Source: Nitrososphaeraceae archaeon
GTDB lineage: Archaea > Thermoproteota > Nitrososphaeria > Nitrososphaerales > Nitrososphaeraceae
Reading direction: 5' to 3'
DNA length: 27,642 nt
NCBI GenBank assembly: GCA_035640055.1
Contig: DASQWW010000001.1
Coordinates: forward strand, 1 to 27,642
The translations under genes and the position numbers were made by a program. This document shows positions 17,907-25,384 of the stretch, in pieces. Below the pieces are notes generated by a model. It had not been told where the DNA came from. It saw nothing but the letters and a program-made list of their open reading frames with translations, and did not search any database. Numbering within the stretch: the stretch's first letter is position 1; each line of letters opens with the position of its first letter.

Positions 17907-18977
17907 ATGCCAATCAAATCTCCTCTGCCAACTAAAGAGGGTAGCTGTACAAAAATAGTGTTTTTGGTTTGGGCTCCTTATAGTTCTAGGGCAGAAAACC
18001 TGTCTGAACGTCTAAATGCCCATCTTTATCTAATCAGTTATAAATTTAAGAATAAAATTTATTCGCCACTGAAATATTCTTTATTATTTGCAAGGACCAT
18101 TCATATACTGAGAAAAGAAAAACCTAAAATAATAATTTGTCAAAATCCACCAATATTCTGCGCTCTGTCTGCAATTATCTATAATTACTTGTTTGATGCA
18201 GATAGCATTGTAGTAATTGACGCACATACAGGAGCTTTCGACAGACCTTGGTCATATTTAAAATCCTTAACCAAATCAATTATGAAAAGAGCATCGACGA
18301 TCATAGTAACTAATACAAAATTACAAGATTTTGTTTTACAAAACTTCAAATTAAAAGCAATAGTACTTGATGACAAAATTCCAGAATTTAATAAATTGTC
18401 ATATAATAACATTGAAAGAGAAAGTGGACAAGTGGCTGACAAAGGATTCAAAGTTGCTGTCATCTCGTCATTTGCATATGATGAACCAATGAATGAGATT
18501 CTTGATGCTGCAGCAGAATTGCCAACTGTACGATTTTATATAACTGGCGATGCCTCAAAGGCACATAAGAAATTTTTAAAGAATAAAATGTCAGATAATG
18601 TAGTTTTCACAGGATTTTTGAATCGTGATAATTATGTATCTTTGCTTCAACAAGTAGATGCAGTGATGGTTCTTACAAAAAGAGACAATACTATGTTATC
18701 AGGAACGTATGAAGCTCTTGCACTACAAAAACCATTAATAACATCTAACTGGACTCCGTTAAAGAAATATTTTTACAAGGGTACTATTCATGTGGATAAC
18801 TCTCCAAAGGAGATTGAAGCAGCAGTTAAAAAGATACAGTACAAAACTTCAACATTGGCTAAGGAAATGTATCAACTTAAACTTGAAAGGACTAGAGAAT
18901 GGGAAGAAAAATTTACAAATTTCAAACATCTTCTAGAAAATAGCAGTAATAAAATGCCAAGCAGTGACAATAAGTAA
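17907..18977 (+). CDS. GT-B fold glycosyltransferase (GT4/GT1-like)
   Basis: The C-terminal half has the typical pattern VRFYITGDASK...NVVFTGFLNRDNYVSLLQQVDAVMVL...SGTYEALALQKPLITS (E-x7-type motif). I chose the start at the ATG at 17907; the ORF is open from 17835. Confidence 0.7.
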   Translation: MPIKSPLPTKEGSCTKIVFLVWAPYSSRAENLSERLNAHLYLISYKFKNKIYSPLKYSLLFARTIHILRKEKPKIIICQNPPIFCALSAIIYNYLFDADSIVVIDAHTGAFDRPWSYLKSLTKSIMKRASTIIVTNTKLQDFVLQNFKLKAIVLDDKIPEFNKLSYNNIERESGQVADKGFKVAVISSFAYDEPMNEILDAAAELPTVRFYITGDASKAHKKFLKNKMSDNVVFTGFLNRDNYVSLLQQVDAVMVLTKRDNTMLSGTYEALALQKPLITSNWTPLKKYFYKGTIHVDNSPKEIEAAVKKIQYKTSTLAKEMYQLKLERTREWEEKFTNFKHLLENSSNKMPSSDNK

Positions 18978-19298
18978 AACGCGTTTAAGAACTGATACTA
19001 GTGTTTTCTCCTTAAAAAGGGTATTTATAATCTAATATAGCAGTTTTCGTCTAAATGTCATTCATCAGTCATTTTCAGATATCCTGTAATCGCCTTAAAT
19101 AACTCCAACTATTGTTTTGTTTGGAAAGTTCATCCTAGAACTAATCAATTTCCTTATCATTTGGATTCAACCTTCTACTACCTACTACTATATTATTATG
19201 TTATATTCTGTTTGCTATTAGGTAGTTGACATTGCTTTACGCTATGTAAATGAACCATAATGCATTATTGTACCCTGTGACTTCAGAGTACAAATAAC

Positions 19299-19308
19299 TT
19301 ATTAATAT
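19299..19308 (+). promoter_or_regulatory. TATA-like box (ttattaatat) upstream of tRNA-Val
   Basis: It lies 32-41 nt upstream of the mature tRNA 5' end. That fits a TATA at about -26 plus a short leader. Confidence 0.4.
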
Positions 19309-19339
19309 CGACGTGTGAAAGTCACGTCACCTTTATGAT

Positions 19340-19414
19340 GGAGGGATAGTCTAGACTGGTTAGGATACCTGCCTTACACGCAGGTGGTCATGGGTTCAAA
19401 TCCCATTCCCTCCA
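19340..19414 (+). tRNA. tRNA-Val: tRNA-Val, anticodon TAC (UAC), 75 nt, no intron, no encoded CCA
   Basis: Manual cloverleaf: acceptor GGAGGGA/TCCCTCC, D arm GTCT..GGAT, anticodon stem CCTGC/GCAGG with loop CTTACAC, variable TGGTC, T arm ATGGG-TTCAAAT-CCCAT, discriminator A. Confidence 0.93.
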
Positions 19415-19784
19415 TGCTAATCATGGATATCTATACTCATTCCTTATAAAGAAAAAACCAGAAATCATTATCAGCTTTTATTTTATCACCCGCATCTTCC
19501 AAATCTTTTTCTCATTCACATTTTTGTTGTTTACTTTATATTTTACTTTCGCCCTCTCTACTTCCACATATCACCATTTGACATTCTACACATTGTTGGT
19601 TGCAATATGAATATAATAAACGCATCAATTTTACCAGAAGTTGCTTAATGTTAGGTATATCTCATCTTAAAAGGACAATAGTATTAATCACATAACAAGC
19701 TATTGCGATCTGGAATATTATCGAATAACACTTCTAATCGTTATGGACCGCTATCTTGTTCATTTAAAAGCCACCTTACTATGC

Positions 19785-20072
19785 CTAAGGATCAGAGTAA
19801 TCTAGTATTCTTCTTAGTTTCTGCTCAATATAGACTGACTGTTTTCGTTGTCCTGAATAGGGCTGAAAGTTATTGTATACATTTTTATCTTCAGCTTGTA
19901 AAGCAGCAATTAATTCCTTCTCATCATCTATCGTACTTATTAGAGCCTCTTTTCCATAGAAGGGGATTTGATTCCATAATGGATCTTTGCTGCCTATTAC
20001 CACATTTTCTTTCACATGTTTTGTGCCATCATTATTATTATTAGTAATTCCTTTAGGCAAAATATCCGTCAC
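19785..20072 (-). CDS. Hypothetical protein (95 aa), possibly a gene remnant
   Basis: The translation is protein-like (DPLWNQIPFYGKEALISTIDDEKELIAALQ). The ORF contains no Met codon at all, so GTG at 20072 is the only candidate start. It is on the same strand as, and downstream of, the dehydrogenase/ACD pair. The overlapping plus-strand ORF 19703-20044 looks like noise. Confidence 0.35.
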   Translation of the reverse strand: MTDILPKGITNNNNDGTKHVKENVVIGSKDPLWNQIPFYGKEALISTIDDEKELIAALQAEDKNVYNNFQPYSGQRKQSVYIEQKLRRILDYSDP

Positions 20073-20186
20073 TCTATTAAAGATTTATTATTATTTGCTA
20101 TCTGTATAAATGTATTGGACAGTGAAAATTTTCGTCTTATATGATGTCTTCCTTTAACCAGAAACTACTACTTTTACTTATTTTTA

Positions 20187-20444
20187 CTAAGCAGGTTCTG
20201 ATTTCAACAGCTCTTTTACCTTGACGTCCAATTTCAGTATGTCATTTGTATAAGAGATTTTGGTAGATTTATCATCAAGCTTTGCATCTACAGGTATATT
20301 GGTATAATACTTCTTATCACCTTTTTCTGCATATATTGAGATATCCTTATCCGATACTTCCACCTTAATATCTTGTTTTGTAATGCCATGCATCTCAGCT
20401 GTTACTTTTAGAGTTTTTCCTTTTTCATCTAATGCAGCATTCAC
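20187..20444 (-). CDS. Minimal alpha-crystallin (Hsp20/ACD)-like domain protein lacking an N-terminal arm
   Basis: LKVTAEMHGITKQDIKVEVSDKDISIYAEK....ISYTNDILKLDVKV matches the ACD core pattern (v.aelPGv.keDI.V.v....L.I.aek ... a.y.nGvL.i.lpK). GTG start only. It is in frame with the upstream CDS after one TAA. Confidence 0.55.
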   Translation of the reverse strand: MNAALDEKGKTLKVTAEMHGITKQDIKVEVSDKDISIYAEKGDKKYYTNIPVDAKLDDKSTKISYTNDILKLDVKVKELLKSEPA

Positions 20445-20459
20445 AATAGGTTCTTTTGT

Positions 20460-21968
20460 TTATGATTCCCTTATTCTAAATATAGTTCCTTGACCTTCAG
20501 TGACAGAAAGAATATAGAGATAACCATCAGGTCCAACCTGTATGTCGGTAATTCCACCAAAACCTGTGCCAAAGACTGCAGATTTGCATTCATTTGTACT
20601 GTCTGCCACTTTATCAGTAAGTGGACCATTAAGAAGTAATTTCATTCTATCTTTATCTAAGACAAAATAGTAAAGGTTTCCATTATCATAATCACCTACA
20701 AATAAGCCATTCTCATACTGCTTACCCAATTTATCAGAATCAAGGAACTTTAGTGCAGTAGGCCCAACAGCTTTCTTCCATACAAATTCAGGAGAACTGT
20801 ATTTTCCTTTTCCTCCAAAATCTACTAATTCATTAGAATTTTCTACAATTTCTTTACTTGGACCTATCTCTGTGTTCCATATACCCTGTACTTTATTCCA
20901 TCCACTATTAAACCCAGGTTCAACAAGATTAATTTCATCACCAAAATGATTACCATTTTCTGTATCCCATAGCTTACCTGTTACAGGATCAAAATCCATA
21001 CCAAAGCTATTTCTTATACCATATGCATAGTATTTGTTTAGAGGATCTGTGTTTCCAAATATACTCTTTATCGCTTTACCCTCTTGGGTAATTCTAAGTA
21101 TACCGCTTCTTCCGTCAGGTTCCATTCCTTTTACAATATTTTGGGTTATGGTTCTATAGCCTTGGCTCTCATGATCCTCAACATCACCAATGATAAGGTA
21201 TACATTATTATCAGGTCCAATTACGATCTTACCACCGTTATGATCAGTTCCAGGTGTAGCAGGTAAGTCTAGGAGAAGTTTGGGATTTACTAATTTGTCA
21301 TTTATTAACTCATATCTATAAAGACGATTGCCTAACGGTTCCTTACCTTTATTAATATCCTCACTGTCTTTTGTTTTAACTTCGGTGTAGTATAAGAAAA
21401 CATAAGGCGGTTTTCCATTCTCGTGTTTTGCTACAGCAATTCCTAGCATGCCTCTTGTGTTTGCAGTTGCAACATTAACATCAAGTAACGGTTCTGGTAA
21501 CATTACACCATTTACTATTCTCTTTACAGTACCTTCATTCTTTTCTAAAACTAGTATATCATTTGGTCCTAAAAATGCCATAGAGGTAGGAAACTCAATG
21601 CCTTTAAAGACAGTCTCTACTGCAAGTCCAGCGCCATTATTGGTAATAGTTGGTCCTTTCCCGCCACTTTTTGACTGTATATAGGTGTTATTAATATGTA
21701 CATCTCCGGTTTCCTTGGCATGTACATCTCCGGTTTCCTTGGCATGTACGTCCCGATACTTATTCGCAAGATCAGTGATCTTGGCTACCAAATCCTCTCC
21801 AGTTCCATTCTCCAATATGTTTATATTTTCGGGATGCTGTTGTTTGGGGTCAAGTTCGGCCCTTGCCTGATTAGGATGATGATAATAATATCCTATAGAT
21901 ATCAGATTCAAAACTAGAATTGTAAGAAGAGTTGACCTAGAGAGTACTGACGTTAATAAAGTAAACAT
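20460..21968 (-). CDS. Secreted or anchored GSDH-type (PQQ-dependent family) beta-propeller dehydrogenase, paralog 2, with an N-terminal extension containing a tandem repeat
   Basis: It has the same family motifs as paralog 1 (GPNDILVLEK, RGMLGIAV, LGNRLYRY, DHNGGKIVIGPDNNVYLIIGD, YAYGIRNSFGMDFDP, WDTENGNHFGDEIN, DIQVGPDGYLYIL). N-terminal anchor LLTILVLNLISIGYYY. The ATG at 21968 is preferred over the TTG at 21974. Confidence 0.85.
   Translation of the reverse strand: MFTLLTSVLSRSTLLTILVLNLISIGYYYHHPNQARAELDPKQQHPENINILENGTGEDLVAKITDLANKYRDVHAKETGDVHAKETGDVHINNTYIQSKSGGKGPTITNNGAGLAVETVFKGIEFPTSMAFLGPNDILVLEKNEGTVKRIVNGVMLPEPLLDVNVATANTRGMLGIAVAKHENGKPPYVFLYYTEVKTKDSEDINKGKEPLGNRLYRYELINDKLVNPKLLLDLPATPGTDHNGGKIVIGPDNNVYLIIGDVEDHESQGYRTITQNIVKGMEPDGRSGILRITQEGKAIKSIFGNTDPLNKYYAYGIRNSFGMDFDPVTGKLWDTENGNHFGDEINLVEPGFNSGWNKVQGIWNTEIGPSKEIVENSNELVDFGGKGKYSSPEFVWKKAVGPTALKFLDSDKLGKQYENGLFVGDYDNGNLYYFVLDKDRMKLLLNGPLTDKVADSTNECKSAVFGTGFGGITDIQVGPDGYLYILSVTEGQGTIFRIRES
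21697..21756. repeat. 24-nt tandem repeat, about 2.4 copies (tgtacatctccggtttccttggca), inside paralog 2
   Basis: 21697-21720 and 21721-21744 are identical, followed by a diverged partial third copy. The repeat encodes DVHAKETG-DVHAKETG-DVH on the minus strand. Confidence 0.9.
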
Positions 21969-22541
21969 CCGCAATAGTTCTTGATGTTTTAGTTATATGC
22001 ATTCTGGATATCTGTGCAATGCATATTTTAGATGTGGATAGATGATAATAATAATAATATCATATCAATCAGTTAATAGAACTGGTTGAAACTTCTTGTG
22101 ATACTATAAATTCAGGTTCAAGAATTATAATATATTAAACAATCACATACTAAACAACTTGATCTATTCAAAACACTACAATATCTTTATCATAATATTA
22201 CCACACTGCCATTACTAGGATGTAGCGAGACAAAAATTGGATCTGACTAAAAAATATTGAAATGATCAGCAAATTTTTCTCAACGGTTATGTAATAGGCG
22301 CATTGCTGCCTACATTTCTCGCATTTCATTAAAATAAACATTATAAAGAAAATTGGGAGGAGATGTCAAACTCAAAGATAACTGAACCTGAAATATATAA
22401 ATGAATAAAGAGAAACTCAATCTATCTTAGACAATTTGGATAACTATCGAATATGAAGTGGTGTAGTTACGGAAAATGAAGTATGAAGAAGTAACAATAA
22501 TTGAGAATAGTTTGTACAGTTACAATCTGCGTATTATTTAT

Positions 22542-23138
22542 CTATCTCGAAACAGAGTGAATTACCTTTACATGTTTTGAAAGTAATTCTTTGTCTTTGT
22601 ATTCTGTCTGACAATGGGGACAGGCAAGCATCGATCTTTTATTCGCGATATGTGTTGATGCCATTGGATCCAGTATACACAGTGGCGAATCAATCTTAAA
22701 TGCATTAGCGGTTTCAATTAATGCCTTCTCCATTCTTATGATAGTATCTTCTCTATCTACCATGCCATAAATTTTAGAGTCAAAACTTACAACAACCTGT
22801 CTGATATCATGCTTTTCCATTACCGAAAAGGCGTCAGCAATAGACATATTTGGCGGTATCGAAATTATCGGTGAAGACATTATTTCTTCTAACACTACCT
22901 TTACAGGAGATTTATGTAAAGAGACAACTCTATAAAGAATATCGGTCTTTGATACCACGCCTATGATCTCTTTTTTTCTACTAGAAATAAGAACGGAACG
23001 AACAGATCGTTCCTTCATTGTGGTAATCGCATCCGCAGCAGTTTGGAAATGGTCCAATATTGGGACGTTCGGATACAAAATGGATGAAACTGGCATAGAG
23101 AGTAAAGATCTAGTGCTAGGGTCACTGGCGTTTATCAT
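22542..23138 (-). CDS. CBS-pair domain protein with a C-terminal C2H2-type zinc finger
   Basis: Two CBS-like units (…AADAITTMKERSVRSVLISS..EIIGVVSKTDILYRVV… and …IADAFSVMEKHDIRQVVVSFDSKIYGMVDREDTI…). The C-terminus CPHCQTEYKDKELLSKHVKVIH fits C-x2-C-x12-H-x4-H. Confidence 0.8.
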   Translation of the reverse strand: MINASDPSTRSLLSMPVSSILYPNVPILDHFQTAADAITTMKERSVRSVLISSRKKEIIGVVSKTDILYRVVSLHKSPVKVVLEEIMSSPIISIPPNMSIADAFSVMEKHDIRQVVVSFDSKIYGMVDREDTIIRMEKALIETANAFKIDSPLCILDPMASTHIANKRSMLACPHCQTEYKDKELLSKHVKVIHSVSR

Positions 23139-23468
23139 TACAGTATAATATCTGATTAATTATTTAAGTATATAATAAACAGAATAGGTTAAAAATATAA
23201 GATCTATTGAAAAATAGCTTTACTGGTCTAGATTGTTGATTGCGATGTTAGATTATTGTATTTTCTTCATAAATACCTAATTCGAAAAGTAGTTGAAAAA
23301 ACTGGACAATATTATAAGACTAATGGGATAGCCTTTTATATTAGATAAATATGTTTTTTCAATACCGTATACCTTATATGCGTGTAGTTTGTAAAAACAA
23401 ACGATCAAAAGATTTACGGCGGATTTGTAAGTAAAAATTTACTTTCCACACGTTCTCCGTGGCTTTTG

Positions 23469-23478
23469 TATAATATTT
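23469..23478 (+). promoter_or_regulatory. TATA-like box (tataatattt) for the DEAD-box helicase gene, leaderless spacing
   Basis: Centred about 23 nt upstream of the GTG start at 23496. Confidence 0.4.
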
Positions 23479-23495
23479 ACAAAGTGAAAAGATAA

Positions 23496-24839
23496 GTGAC
23501 TACGACATTTCAACAGTTAGGACTGAGTGCTGAAATAATTAGAGCTCTCAACGAAAACGAGTTTGAGGTACCATTTCCTATTCAAGAGGCAGCTATTCCA
23601 TTTGTTCTAAAGGGTATAGATGTCATAGGTCAGGCACATACAGGAACTGGTAAGACAGCAGCATTTTCGTTACCCATACTAACAAAGGTAAAACGTAACG
23701 GCCCTATACAGGCGTTAATACTTGTGCCAACAAGAGAGCTGGCAGTGCAGGTAACAACTGAAATCAATAAGTTTGCAAAATACATAGGAATCCGAACTGT
23801 ATCTATCTATGGAGGTCAGAGTATTGGCATTCAGCATGATCAACTGAGAAGAGGAATGCAGATAGTGGTTGCAACTCCTGGTAGATTAATTGACCATTTA
23901 AAACACGGTTCAATCGATCTTGACCACGTAAAATTTGTTGTTCTTGACGAAGCGGATAGGATGCTTGATATGGGCTTTATTGACGATATAAAGTTTATAC
24001 TATTCTATGTAAATGAAGACAGACAGACGTGCTTATTTTCTGCAACCATGCCGCCAGAGATTTTGAGGCTGGCAAATGAATACATGAAAGGAATTCAGGA
24101 AATCAGACTCAATAAGGAAGAGCTGGGTCTTGAAACTATAGACCAGTCATATTTGGTTGTACATGAGAAGGAAAAGTTTAAGCATTTATGTAATTTTATC
24201 AAAAACAGAGACAAAAAGCAGACAATTATTTTTGCCGCCACCAAACAAAGAACACAGACACTTGCTGGTGAATTGAAACAGGAAGGATTCAGAGCAATCA
24301 CAATTCATGGCGATCTTTCACAGAAGCAAAGAGACAATGCAATGTACAGATTCAAAAAAGGAGCTGAAGATATACTTGTGGCTACTGACATAGCAGCAAG
24401 GGGAATAGATGTTCCAGCAGTAGGTCATATAATCAACTATGACATTCCTGAAGATCCACTCATTTACTTCCATAGAATTGGAAGAACCGCCAGGGCTGGA
24501 GCCACTGGCAAAGCCATTTCTTTGGTCTCAAGGGATAGGCTAAGAGCTTTTGAAAGGATTCTGAGACAGACAGGGCAGCCTATCAGTCAACTCAATGAGA
24601 AAATGGGAATTGAAGTGCCTGTGGTTGACCCTATAGTTGATCAGCGATTGTATACCCAATATAAACAAAGACGCAATTATAGTGATAATAACTACTCACG
24701 CTACAGGGATGGATACGTCAGAGATAGGCATGATTATAGATACAAAGGTAGTAGTTACAGACGATATAGTAGATGGGGAAGACGTTACAACTATAGTCAA
24801 AGGCAGGGCGGTAATATACGAAACCGCTACTACCGCTAA
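23496..24839 (+). CDS. DEAD-box ATP-dependent RNA helicase with an Arg/Tyr-rich C-terminal tail
   Basis: Q-motif region (FQQLGL..PFPIQEAAIP), AHTGTGKT, PTRELA, DEAD, SAT, HGDLSQKQR, ARGID, HRIGRTARAG. The GTG start is forced by an in-frame TAA at 23493-23495 immediately upstream. Confidence 0.93.
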   Translation: MTTTFQQLGLSAEIIRALNENEFEVPFPIQEAAIPFVLKGIDVIGQAHTGTGKTAAFSLPILTKVKRNGPIQALILVPTRELAVQVTTEINKFAKYIGIRTVSIYGGQSIGIQHDQLRRGMQIVVATPGRLIDHLKHGSIDLDHVKFVVLDEADRMLDMGFIDDIKFILFYVNEDRQTCLFSATMPPEILRLANEYMKGIQEIRLNKEELGLETIDQSYLVVHEKEKFKHLCNFIKNRDKKQTIIFAATKQRTQTLAGELKQEGFRAITIHGDLSQKQRDNAMYRFKKGAEDILVATDIAARGIDVPAVGHIINYDIPEDPLIYFHRIGRTARAGATGKAISLVSRDRLRAFERILRQTGQPISQLNEKMGIEVPVVDPIVDQRLYTQYKQRRNYSDNNYSRYRDGYVRDRHDYRYKGSSYRRYSRWGRRYNYSQRQGGNIRNRYYR

Positions 24840-24979
24840 TTAGTATATAGAGTAAATTTTTTCTAGAATGTTTTAGCTTATCAACTGTGCTTTTAGAGTC
24901 AAGTTTTTTTAGCTCGCTCAATTAAATCATAGCTGCATCTATACACGCATACAGGATATGGAGGATCGAACAGCAGTTT

Positions 24980-25384
24980 ATGCCCATTGTTGGCCTTATA
25001 GCATTATTTTTTAGTATTATGGCTATTAGGTTAATGATGGCCATAGAAAACGCCCAGATAGTTATTGTTGGAGGGCTGGAACAGATATCTGCAGATAGGG
25101 CAATTGCCTTAGCTATTGGAGTACATAAGCTTGCTTTGATGAAAATAAGTATCATCCTCTTCTCTAAAGTCAGTATGATCATATTTTCATTCCAAGGATT
25201 GTATCCCGAAATGATCCTTCAACGTGCAGCAACAATTGCAATGGATACAACTATTACATCAAACAAATGGACTATAGTATCTAAGTATAATACTACTAAA
25301 AAGGAGAAAAGAAGAGAAAATGAGACAAGAGAAAGAATGACTATGATGGTTTCATGTATAGGAAAATTACTTGATCTTTCATGA
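24980..25384 (+). CDS. Doubtful hypothetical membrane protein (134 aa)
   Basis: ATG start, a hydrophobic N-terminal half and a charged C-terminus (KKEKRRENETRER). It is fully overlapped by an antisense ORF (24922-25182) of similar quality, so its coding status is unresolved. Confidence 0.25.
   Translation: MPIVGLIALFFSIMAIRLMMAIENAQIVIVGGLEQISADRAIALAIGVHKLALMKISIILFSKVSMIIFSFQGLYPEMILQRAATIAMDTTITSNKWTIVSKYNTTKKEKRRENETRERMTMMVSCIGKLLDLS

Noticed and set aside
19310-19328. 6-bp palindrome gacgtg-tgaaagt-cacgtc between the tRNA-Val TATA-like box and the tRNA 5' end, as a regulatory site
   Set aside because: The stem is short and at a single locus. It could equally be part of the pre-tRNA leader. 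There is not enough evidence to call it a feature.
19703-20044. Plus-strand ORF 19703-20044 (113 aa)
   Set aside because: It has a TTG start and a Leu/Ser/His/Cys/Tyr-rich junk-like translation. It is the antisense shadow of the more protein-like minus-strand ORF 19785-20072.
22198-22399. Small ORFs in the 570-nt gap upstream of paralog 2: a 43-aa Cys-containing minus-strand ORF at 22198-22329, and a 13-aa plus-strand ORF preceded by gggaggag at 22355-22362
   Set aside because: The minus-strand ORF has a TATA-like element too close to its ATG. The plus-strand ORF has its Shine-Dalgarno-like run abutting the ATG with no spacing. Neither has a recognisable motif, and both are too short to support without conservation data.
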